Shown: in pieces, positions 53,080-64,000 of the stretch
How positions within the stretch are numbered: position 1 is the first letter of the stretch
Layout: each line of letters opens with the position of its first letter
NCBI GenBank assembly: GCA_001949185.1
Contig: BDGG01000026.1
Span: 1 to 64,000, forward strand
From: Ramazzottius varieornatus
Taxonomy: Eukaryota > Animalia > Tardigrada
Length of the DNA stretch: 64,000 nucleotides
Direction of reading: 5' to 3'
Notes under the pieces: generated by a model
What the model saw: only the letters and a program-made list of their open reading frames with translations
What the model was told of the DNA's origin: nothing
The model's database searches: none
Program-made: the position numbers and the translations under genes

Positions 53080-54660
53080 ACATCCAACACCACAAATACG
53101 ACTGCATCGCTTTGCTTTCAGCAAACTTTTGTTATCACTTGCACAGTTCCATACTTCATTTGTAAATGCCCCACACCACCGCATTCTAACCGAATTCATA
53201 GCTTCTGCTACGTGGCCCGTTTTGCCCGAAATTTCAATTTATTTTCACTGTACGTTCTTTCGTTCGCCGAATTTCCGTCGGAATTGGTTCGAACTCTGCT
53301 CAAAATCCAGAAATGTTGTCTAGCTGTTTACAACGTGGTTATTTTTTCTTTAGTTTTCTTAGCTTATTTTTAGCGCCTGTGTGTTCTCATAATGCGGCTC
53401 ATTGCCTAACAAACTTACAAATAATTTACGCAGCATTACCCTGACCCTCATGGAACTTTTGTTTAAATTTAGAGTTAACTTTTCTTGACCTTGATAAGGC
53501 GAATCCATTTATTTTCATTTGTGAAATAGTTCCACCACGTGTACACCGATTTTGAGCTAGCTCGCCAAGCTGGGAGAAGTTCGGCCAGCGGAGTTATGTG
53601 GGTCTGACAGAGATCCAGCAGCTTCTGGCGGATGTCTTCAAGTAATATTCTGTATTCTATAAAGCTAAGGACTAGTTATCAGTTTCTGAAAAACAGCCAG
53701 GCACAGTCACCGAGGTAGTCAAGTCTCGTAAAACATCACCGAAGTTGTATGTATTGATAGCAAGATATAAGACGATAAGATGAGAGACCAGTTACTTTCA
53801 GTGACTAGTCGATCAAAGTCGAGGTACACGTGAGCAACAATATTAGAAAACTCACTAAAGACCGAAAAGTGGCCGTTCTACTGAGCTCGGTTGCGGGTTT
53901 CTGAATTCAGTCTTCAAACGCCAGCCGTCGAGACGCGACAAGCTTTCTGTTTTTTGGACGACATCGTTGGATATCTAAAGAATTCGGGCGAAATCAAACA
54001 AAATGGAAGTTTTCTGGTCGTTTCAGTTTGCACACTCTAAGGTTCCCTCGTGAATCCACTTTACTTGGAACGAGTCAACCGGTTTCTACCTGTAGTAGGT
54101 CCGAACTGACCATAACTTTCAATATTTACATTGCCATCCTTCTGCGCTACCCGTTTTCGTTCATCTGAGTTACCGACAAGCTGCGAGCGAGCAGAAGGCG
54201 AAGCGTGGTATACCGTTCCGCTTCAGTACACCACTTTGTGACCGGATGTGGAAACAGCTGGTCGGGTAAGCAATGGGCAGCCAATCAAAGTTTCCAATCA
54301 GAGATCTTTGCGTCACTGCAGCAACTCGGAGACGGTAGTCCCGGATGCCGCAGAATCTTCCAGGATTCATATTTCGACTAGTTTGATAGCTCAAACTGTA
54401 CGCTAGACTACTCTATGTGTCTGTCACGTCGGTTTGATCATCTGGATAAGCCGTTTGCCGTAATTCTCTTGTTCGAAAACGTTATTTGAGTGAATCAGTC
54501 GCGTGCGTACGTTCTTCCGTGCCGCCGTAGCGAAAGGCCTAGTTCATAGTTTTTACTGGCCCATAATTCCTCGTCGTTGGTCGCGCCTGTACTGCATTAC
54601 ATCATGAAGCTCACGCATCACGTCGCAGTTCGAGCGAAACATACCTCAAGTGGTTAGAAG

Positions 54661-54914
54661 CAGGCGCGTTCCATACGTAAAATTTTGTCGTAGAAATTTT
54701 GGTAATTTAGAATTATTCAAAGTTTGGCACTGACATCACGGGCGAGCCTCTGGGTCGGGTCGGCTAGAACGGATTGTGCCAGCTTTACCACATTGGATTT
54801 TCGATCAGCTGACGGCATGCTCATCAGCGCGAATCGTGACGTCAAAGCCGAACTTTGAATAATTCCGAATTACCGAAATTTTTTGGACAAAACTTTACGT
54901 ATAGAACGCGGCTG
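54661..54914. mobile_element. hAT-type MITE
   Basis: TIR CAG.CGCGTTC.ATACGTAAA with ~80-bp imperfect arms; perfect 8-bp TSD GTTAGAAG. Confidence 0.85.
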
Positions 54915-54974
54915 GTTAGAAGGGGACATTTTTCGGGCCGGGCTCAGCTTTACGCGTATGATATCTATGTAAAA

Positions 54975-55005
54975 CTAGCAGGTGCTCGCCTGCGGCTCGC
55001 CCCAC
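54975..55005 (-). mobile_element. Possible Helitron 3' terminus
   Basis: Minus strand reads GGGCGAGCCGCAGGCGAGCACCTG-CTAG|T: GC-rich mini-hairpin then CTAG and a host T. The 5' end was not located. Confidence 0.4.
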
Positions 55006-56209
55006 TTGTTCACCAAACTTAGTTATCCAACATGAGCTTACATGTGCACAGAAAAAGGTCATAAGAAAAACATGCACAAAGAGGAATCTTTTCACTCGAC
55101 CTGGTTAGTGCTGTCGGTCAGAGCCGGTTAACCATTCCTGAGTTATTATATATTAGGTCTGCAAGTATGAGTTTGCGGTTTTTCGGAGGGAAGTTTTGAA
55201 AACTCGTATCTCTGGTCTTTGGCGGAATTTCTTGTTTCTTCTTTCCATAAATAACAGTAGATACAATGGTCTTTTGCCCAAGGTATTGGAAACTCTGATT
55301 CGTGCATTTGTGTGGTTTTGTGCGAGAATTTTTCGTGATCGTAGATTTGCGAAAATTACCTTCACCTAGAGTTTGTTTCTTGTAGCCACACCAAGGCAGC
55401 CAAAAATTTGGCACTCGTTTTCGTTGAGCAATGATAGAGAGAAAAATTGGGAAGCTCCCACTTCACTAAAGTAGCGCACGTTGACAACCGCGATCTTCCA
55501 CCCTGTTTTGCACAAAAGATCTTTCCTAGAATTTTTGAAGCACATCTTCAAGGATTTTTTCTTGCAGTTGGCAGATCATTTCCAGTACCGTAAAACGTTC
55601 CAATCATTTTCGAATTCAAAAAAGCCTGTGCCGGACAAAATTTTCTCAGAAGATGGTGTTCAGAACTGAGGTTCACTCCTTCCGACATTTTTCTTGTTTC
55701 CTGTTCTCATTGCATTGACCAGATCTTGCTTTTCAAAAGTCGGCAACAATCTGTTAAACTGATAGAGTATTAGACAAGTTTTGGATATCCATACTCAAGC
55801 TCTGAAAATACGTTCGAAATTGTTCCGCTGGAAACCGCAAAGTCATACTTACAGACCTGATACTATGTATTTTCGCCTTTTTGACTCGCGCGAGTTTCAC
55901 CGCGATTAAGACTTCTGACTCGTGCTCCCCATATGGCGCAAAAGCCCTTTCTCCAAAACGGCTCAATACTCTGCACGAAACAGTCGGCTGGTGATCTACA
56001 TGACACTGTAGGCGTTCGTTCCTTTCAAATAATCTGGAGGATATTACTAAACGATGTGGGCAGAAAACGCGACCAAAAGGCGGTGTTCGTGGCTGAAAAC
56101 TTTTGCCGTGTCAAGTATCAGTTGATTGTTTGATTAATCGAAGATTAGTCCGCTATTCAATCTGTAAATTAAGTACTTTGCATTACTTACACATAATTAT
56201 TTTCAAAAT

Positions 56210-59104
56210 CTATGCACAAAACGCAAGCCAATTTGCAAAAGCATAAAGAGGCCCGGTAGTACCAGACCCCAAAACAATAAAACAATTCAAATCAGCATTA
56301 CCACGTTGAATATCTATACTAAGCTTTTGCTTCAAAAACGAGAGAGATCTTGTTTCGCCGGTGGCTTCTGCTATTCTTTTACCTATTTGCTGGATAAGGC
56401 TGGATGCTTCGTTCCTGAAAGTACCGAAAGTTTCGAACGCTACTGGACAGAACAGGTAGCGACCATCCAGCTCGCGGTACTTGTGTCTCTTGAGCTCTTC
56501 CGCCTTGTTGGCGGCATAACCAAGTCGCCACGCTGGTCCTCGCAGGTATGTTTCTGCAACAGTGTCCACACAGGTTACATCCCGGACAAGAGCCTTACCT
56601 TGTTGCCACGGGATAAGCGTCAGTCCGTCAGGTCGTTTCTGGTCGTCCCTGAGGATCCCGTTGGGCTCAAGAACGTTCGGGACTTTACAGCTGATGAGGG
56701 CACGGTGGAGGGAGTCATTCAGAGCGGAATGTCTAGAATGACGTCCGGCACTCAACTGACAAGACAAGCCGTGGCGCCCCAGCTCGTCAACAAGTTTTTT
56801 GCAACGACAAACATGGGGCTCACAGAGCCTAGCCCCAAGACGCAGACCAGCTGAGATGCGAAACGAGTTGTCTTCCGGCAAGTTACCTAAAACAGAAAGG
56901 GGTAACGCATTAAGCCATGATCCTGAGTCCTTGGCTGATACGGCAACTAGTCTGGCTCTTTCTGCTTGGGAACTGGCATCCAGAAGGGTTTGGTAGTGCT
57001 GGTCAACTATCGGGATGTCCCACGCCTTCTGCGCTGAACGAAGAGTGAGAATGGGAGGCTGTGAGATACTTTGTTCCTGCCAGAGGTTCATCGCCGGCGA
57101 TACTATACTATTCACGTCGACTTGAGGATAGATCTGTTTCATCAGATTGAACGCCGAGTGAACGGAAGCCAAAAAGGCCGGGAGAGCTAGTTCATCGACG
57201 CGTCAGATTCCGAGACCGCCCCTACTGACGGGAAGGCTTGACTGCCGCTAGACCGTGTCGTCCATTGCGATGTTGGCGATTTTACCTGCACATTTCCGGA
57301 TGGTTTCATCAAAGGCTTGAAGGGAAGGAAGGCAACTGAAAGTCGGGCTGCAACGAAGGACATACAATAGCTTGGGTAGACTAAGGCAGTTCTTCAACAG
57401 AAACAAAGCTTGGCAGGCCGAGAGTTTTTCCAAGCGTGTAGTCATGAGCTCATCTTGTCGAATCTGTTCATCTATGACCGGAGAGATCGCTTCGGGAAAG
57501 ACTGAAGCTCCAAGTAGCGTTAGGGTTTTCTTTGTCCGGAAATATTACGCCAGGGCAGAGGAGCTTCATTTTCTGGCGTGTAACTTGCTGTTGGGTAAGA
57601 GTACCTCCACAGACAATAAACTCACATTTGGACGTATTGAGCTCAAGGCCCAGAGAAGCGCCGATCTCCACAATGGTTTGGAAGTCCCTGCTTACCAGTT
57701 CGAAGTCTCCACCAAGCGTGGCATCGTCAAGGTACCATACATTGAAGGGCGACTGAAGCGACTTGGACAGGTTCCGGGTCAGAAGACAGAACAGCAATGG
57801 CCCTAGGGGTCTCCCTGTTGAACCCCCCGGGCGGAAGGGATGACGTGCTCGCCGTAGATGAGATTTGCTGGCGATCTGTACATCTGAAAAATGAAAGGGT
57901 AAACCTCGAGAAGGAACTTCTGTGCCTCCTCGAGTAGCCTGTCTCTGTGAACGGAATTGAATGCATTCTTGAAGTCCAGTTTCAGCAAAGTTTGGCAGCC
58001 TGTCTGGCCTGAGAGGAGAGCTCTAGTGGGATGTGCTGCTGCTTTGGCGCCGCCTCTAGTGCCATAGCGAGCTGTTGGGGTCCTACAAGCTTGCCTGTAG
58101 CTTCCATCACTCGTTCACTGACGATGTTTCCCGCTAAACGCCGAAGAGTGTTACTGACCGTAATGGGCCTTATTCCCCCTGTCTTCTTCAGCAGAGCGAT
58201 CAGCGAGGCACCATACAAGGCAGGGCAGACATCTTCTGGTACTTCAGCATCTTCTGGTACTTCAGCCATCCAGCATCAAGCCGACCAAGTCGGCAAGTGC
58301 CTGCGCCAGCTGTAGCGACATCGGATCCCTTAGACCCCCTAGCAAGTCTGGTGCAGAGGGCGAAGACCATCGAGGACCCCTAGCTGAGTCACAGGGGAAA
58401 CTGCTCACAGCTGACACTAATTCGTGGTGACTGGTGGCGAGGGAGGACCAAAGCACTCTTTCGAGGGGAAATGGGCATCTTGATGTTCGGGAGGATGCTT
58501 TTTCCGTAGCTCTTCCAGAGTCTCTGTTGACATAGGGGCTATCACATCTTCGGAGACGAGGACTCTAACGGCACCGCTGATATCGCCACCGTTCAACTTC
58601 AGCTCCACTCTTCTCTTCATCTGCGAGTCTTCGTCGATCGATTTCTTCCTCTGCTTTGTATTATTGGTTTGCGTTTTCGCGGTAGTATCCACCGCTGCAG
58701 CTGGCCTAGTGATGTTTTCTTACGAGAGTGGTAAAAGACTTCTTCGAGGACGGCTCTGGAAGTTTGAAAGCAACCGAGGGGAAAGTAAGTAGTTTCTACC
58801 AGCGTTCCACATCATTCTTCCTTACACACTCTCTCACAATATCGAGGAGGGCGGAAGCTGCAGTTATTCTCGCGCCACGTGGTATTCTTTTGATGGTCGG
58901 GACAGATCGTTTGACAGGATTGGCGGATCGGTTGTCGTCGTCAGCTGCTGAGGACCGGCTAAGGATGACTTTTTGGTCACGCAGCTTTCTCTGGGCTTCT
59001 TGTAATGGTCTTATTCCTTGATGCTTGGTTAGGAAACCCTCTGAGGCGGCTAAGAAATCACACAAGTCGCACTTCACTTTCGACTTTCCTTGAGATGCCA
59101 TCTT
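56210..59104 (-). mobile_element. Second CRE-clade non-LTR retrotransposon, decayed, distinct from the first copy
   Basis: CDLC..H Zn finger; IKRIPRGAR; GGIRPITVSNTLRRL; LKLDFKNAFN; GVQQGDP; WYLDD; CRC..HGLSC..RHSRH; RPDGLTLIPW..DVTC; multiple frameshifts. Confidence 0.9.
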
Positions 59105-59145
59105 GCTACGAGAAAACATACAGCAAGCTAAATATGCTCCACACA

Positions 59146-59482
59146 ATGTCTGTCAGGCGCGGTGCGTAGGAAGCAACCTACGTGCGATCCGGGGGAACGC
59201 GTACGTTCACCCCGGAGTCATCTTCAAAAGGCCAGAGGGAGCAACTTTGTCGTTTCTAGTAGGGAAGTTGAGGCGAACGTGAAGAATAATTGCGTTGCGT
59301 TTTCGACAATCCGAGCTTGTGTAGGTGGCTGATTGGTGAAACAACTGAAAAACTTCGAAGAGACCAATACTGTCCAAAACAGGATGTCAGACGACGTGCG
59401 CAGGAAGCAACCTACGTGCGATCCGGGGAAACGCGTGCGTTCTCCCCGGAGTCATCTTCAAAAGGCTCAAAGGAAGCAGCAT
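59146..59482. repeat. Duplicated ~90-nt double-hairpin motif upstream of the CRE ORF
   Basis: GTGCG.AGGAAGCAACCTACGTGCGATCCGGGG.AACGCGT.CGTTC.CCCCGGAGTCATCTTCAAAAGGC at ~59162 and ~59396. Confidence 0.75.
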
Positions 59483-62400
59483 GAGGCTTGAAGTAGTAGG
59501 ACTCTTTGTAGTTGATTACAGAAGTTGTCTTACCTTCACCAAACGATTTATCTGTTGATCAACAAATAGGAGGTGCGGAAGTATGACTTGCAACTTTTTG
59601 AAGTAGACTTTTTGCTTTACTTGTTCCCTCATACCAGCAAGGTACATGAAACACTTTTTCGTAGAAAATTCACACCGCCACAGAAGCAGGATTGAGGAAT
59701 AGAAAGAAAAACGATCTGAAGCTATTTTTCACAGCCTATTCAGAGAGCATTTTTGCTACTCGCTGCAAATGACCCAATTTCAGTGTCGTTTCAATACGAC
59801 TTTTTTGATTTTAATTGCAATTACGATTGATTGGAATACCTCGGGCCGCAGCAATTACAATTATGTGGGATTCAATCCAGCTGAACTAGTAACTACAATT
59901 AATCGGAATTCAGCTCGCGACAGCAATTAAAATTATTCCAATTGTGGTGGTTCATTTTCGTGATTTAGTATTCATACGACTGGTATTTTAACGCACCGTA
60001 AGCCTCTCGTTTCATGCACGTAGGATGCCTGTCAGATGTTTAGCACAAAGAATAGTACAGCCAAGGCACCGTATACGGATGTGCTGACGTCGATCCGATT
60101 GTTATGTTTCTGAAAGTATTGCGCGTATGCCATCATACTCGCGAAGCCTCCCTTGGGGGGTTGGTGGAAGAAAATATTGGGACCGGTCACCGGGGTTCAA
60201 ATTCGCTTGTACGTTGAAGCTAAGGCTGGGCATTCCGCCGGACCTTCTCCCTGGAACGGAATTCGGAAAGGAGTGCCTAATTTTCCTATTTTCCTATTCT
60301 CCGTTTCCTAAAAAGGCTAAACCAAAATCGGAATTCCAGTACGGTAGTCTAAAAGGTACAAACCACGCCGAATCTCGGCTTAGCCCCAACTGACAAGCTC
60401 GGCAAGCTTGTTTCCATGTGACGCACGCTCTCTGCCGGTTCTACTGGGGGGTCGTGCGCCCCTTGGCAATACATTCAACTGGAGCTTGTTGGCCGAGCTC
60501 CCGCACAGTGAGTGTAACTATGTACTGTACTGCTTCCTAAACTTGGCGAATTGACGTCACGGTGTGCATATGCTGTGTGCGTCGTCGTACCCGTGAACTT
60601 CACACTTACTGTGACGACAGTTCGCCAAGTTAATGAAGCATTACAAGTAAGCAAATTATTTGCAAAAAGTGGGGATTCAACCGTGGAAAACCGATTTTTT
60701 CAACCCCTAGACTTTTTTTCTTCCACATCCAAGTAGCTGGATGTTTCTTCTGCAAAGGTTCCTTTCGATTAGATTTCTCCTGACTGATACTGATTCCAAT
60801 ACAGAAGCGACGTGCACATGAATCCAGTGTTTCATTGAGCGGCGCTGTCTGTTCTCTTTCCCACCTTCCCCAGTTAGCTAACCGAGGCCAAAGAGTTTCA
60901 CGACCGGTCCCCTGTAGAGTGGCATTGTGCTAAGTTTGGCCACAAAGGAATGGCACTTTTTGGGGCGGACTGGGAAATTTTGCATGCCTATTGGCTGGCT
61001 CTCTTACCCTGAAGCTAAACGCAGCGCATTGTTATTCTGTCTCTTTCAAGCACTTACGTACAGGTTGAATCCACGTACAGGTCGGATCCACTTTCTTGGA
61101 ACAACCATCAGTTCAACCCATGCTGTGAGCAGCTTATCTTCCCGATCCGGGTAATCCCTTCCCAAAAGACTCCGACGGAACAGAGAGACGAAGGGGAAGG
61201 GTCGCGGGGATGGATAAGGACACAGGGAAAGGGGAAATGGGAAAGGGGAAATGGGAAAGGGGAAACTCGTGAGAACTTTGCATCACGATTGCAGAATATT
61301 CAAGCCGAGCGAAGCGGGCGTTCTTAACCGAAAGCGTTCCCATGTTAAGTTTTGCCACCCACGTGATGGAACTTTGTGGGGCAGACTCGGAGCCAACCGC
61401 ATGTCCATTGGCTTCTCTTACGCTGAATCTGAACACAGCGCATTTTTATATAGCCTCTTTCCAGCCCCTACGTACGGGTTGAACCTGATATGGTGGTTAA
61501 TGTTTCTGCGAGTTACGGGCACACTGAGCGAGGCTTTTCCAGGGGTGTACCCCTTGCTAGTCAACTGTAATGATCGAAACAACACTGCCCAATCGCGTGA
61601 AATTATTAATCTGTGGTGTCTACTACTAGAGTTGTTGAAGGGAGTTCCTAGTTTTTCTTCCTACGGTTTGCGGAGGATTTTTGTGCAGAATTCATTCTGA
61701 AGCCGTCTTGCAACAGTAGTGACTTCGGCCGACTGAAAAAATCTTGCTGTTGCACAACAGACTTTTCCATCAGTCATCCCGATTCTAGAGAGGCCTAGTC
61801 TACCGCTATCGGTTTGCTGGGTGAAAGGAACTACAGGTAGGAGCGGTGAAAAGCGTGAGTTAGCCACCACAAGTTAACCATGGTCCTCGCTTGGTGCCGC
61901 TTACGAGTCGACGTCATCTGTGGTGCTTCCGCTTTGTCGCAGCAAACTGATTCCCGCTTAAGAATACCCTACGGAGTCCACTTTCTATCAGCGGTGACGA
62001 CACAGTGCAAAGAGTTGGGGCGGTGCTGCGATGACGTAAACGCGACGTTCTGTGTCGCGCCTCCCGTCCTGTATCACAGTGCTTAAAGAGTCTCAAGCCG
62101 TTTCTGGACTTCCGCGACACTTTTATCGAAGAACGGCTGAGGTCATTCGATCTCCGTGATGGACAAATATGCTCGCAGAGAAGATTTCAGCTCATTCAAA
62201 ATCTTCTCGGGGATTAGAGAGCCGATATTCAAAAGTACGGCACTCGTGCAACGGAGCTTCGTGACAGAAATCATTGCAAAGTATCGCAATGAGTGGAACG
62301 GAGCAACTCCGGTAAAACAATTGAACAGTTAAAAAAGCTGATCTGTTGGACCTATGTGTGGACCAGGTTGCACAAATTATCACGTCAGTGGCCTTTACAG

Positions 62401-63008
62401 CGCACCGCAGTTCAGAAACACCTATTGGGCCAGTATGTTGCATGCTCGGGTTGCGAGCACATACCGGTAGAGGCAGCAAGCTGGAACTCCAGTGATAGAA
62501 ACTGGAGCACACTGTGCACGACGCTCCTGGGCCGTAACCAATTTCTTATCTCAACTACCATAATCTCTTCTAATGGGAAGCTTCACGACATTGCAGAGAA
62601 AGTTGGATCACAGTCCAGATACAGTAATTGTACGATGCGTGCCTGAAACCTTTACTAAAATTCCGATGTACAGTAGTTCGAGTTGTTCCACAGCTCAGTC
62701 ATACGATTTTATTATGATTTTACGCCATCCCGACAAATGTTGCCGAGGATACAACGAAAAATGCTACAGAAGTACATAGTCCACCATACAGTATTCCCCT
62801 TGGTCCGAACAAGAATACCGTATAGAGTGACGGTAAATTTCTGTGCCATACAAGTACGAGCTAGCGGATTGTTGATGTTGTGCTGGAGGCTATTGTCAAA
62901 TTGCTCTGGCCGAAACCTGATCAGCGCAGGCGTTCAACCACTTGTCTAGACATGCGTATTATACCTGGTGCATCATCTGATCGGAGGCATATTCTGACAA
63001 AAAGCAAC

Positions 63009-64000
63009 ATGCATCCGGCCAGCCTGTTACAATCCCTGGACTTCTCCCATTTCGAGACGGATCCTTCACCATCTTCCACATCCCGTCTTGTGCCTCCCTT
63101 CACCTTGCCGGGCTACCTTCAGACCATGACACTATCCTGCATAGCCTTCACTTCCCTCTTTCTTACATTGTACTATCTACTCAGCCGTTTCACTCCATTT
63201 CGCCGGCTGGATCACGGCAAGAGTGTGGCGCGGAATCTCGCTGGCTTCCTCGTCTCCGGAATCCAGGCTGTCACAGCCACCATTGCGGGACTTATAATAA
63301 TAACGCAGACAAACTCCGACATCCTGCTAGCCCAAGTAAGTAACATGTATTGGGGCAGCTCCGCTAACTGGCGCACGCTCCCGCCAGCAGCAATGGACTC
63401 GTGCGTCACTTGTCAGAGGTCTACAGAATTACCGTCACCAACCTTTGCCGTTACTGTATGCAGTACATCAAAATTAATGGTCTTTTTGGCAGTCGTCGTG
63501 GGCGAATTGGTATTCAGCTGTCTTCGTCGGTTACCTTCTTTACGACTTGTCCCTAATACTCCTCACCGATCTTCGGGCCAAGAAATCTCTCTTTGCCAGC
63601 ATAAGATCGCACCTAGCCGTGTACATTCACCATCTTGCCTTCACTATAGTCGCGCCCATCACTCTGTCCGTCCGCAACCACCGCGCGGACTACATCATTG
63701 GCTGTTTCCTCTTGATGGAGGTCCCGGTCATCTTCCTGCACACCCAGAACGTCCTAGCTGGTCTGGGTCGGTCGGCTACTCGCCTTTATGTTTACAACGG
63801 TCTGCTGACCATCGGCAGTTACTTTGTCTTCCGGCTGGCCATTTTTCCCTATATGTTTCATCGGCTGGCCCAACGGAAAGGCACAACGCTACTTCATGTC
63901 CATAAAACTCTTTACACTTCGTGCATACTCGGCACGATAGCTTGTATTTCGATACAGGTTTACTGGTTTCTTATGATTTGTCGAAAAGCTTACCGGTATA
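63009..64000 (+). CDS. TLC-domain membrane protein (FAM57/TLCD3-like), 3' end beyond the window
   Basis: LVSGIQA; intron 63336-63492; exon 2 FVGYLLYD, IHH, IGCFLLMEVP, YVYNG..FVFR..FPYM, QVYWF..I.RKA. Confidence 0.85.

Noticed and set aside
62880-63905. 341-aa ORF as a single-exon protein
   Set aside because: It reads through the intron at 63336-63492; the TLC-domain sequence continues in another frame.

Overview
Eukaryotic (animal) genomic DNA with short GT-AG introns, so most six-frame ORFs are exon fragments or noise. The compact genes and the type of orphan GPCR suggest a tardigrade-like genome; this is inference and unverified. Gene-dense blocks alternate with transposon islands. Genes I could splice by hand: a small WxL-amide neuropeptide-like precursor (1059-1464), an Exo70/EXOC7-like gene with a ~270-aa N-terminal extension, RNPS1, RAMAC, DR1/NC2beta, ISCA1, TTC4, a Ly6/quiver-like protein, a clip-type trypsin protease, ZIP7/Catsup, GOLPH3, hyccin/FAM126, an orphan class-A GPCR and a TLC-domain (FAM57/TLCD3-like) gene running off the end. 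There are three transposon islands. (1) 9.6-17.1 kb: at least five hAT-type MITEs with readable 8-bp TSDs, plus a decayed PIF/Harbinger carrying an extra CCHC ORF. (2) 37.6-47.8 kb: a pogo-like element (DD42D) holding a second Harbinger in its intron and a CRE-clade non-LTR retrotransposon in its catalytic exon. (3) 54.6-59.5 kb: a MITE, a possible Helitron end and a second CRE. The most striking unexplained pattern is a dispersed palindromic repeat, CAAGTGGCGCAC-N25-GTGCGCCACTTG. It has about 16 loci, almost all in introns or gene flanks, with a nearly fixed 25-nt spacer despite high sequence divergence.
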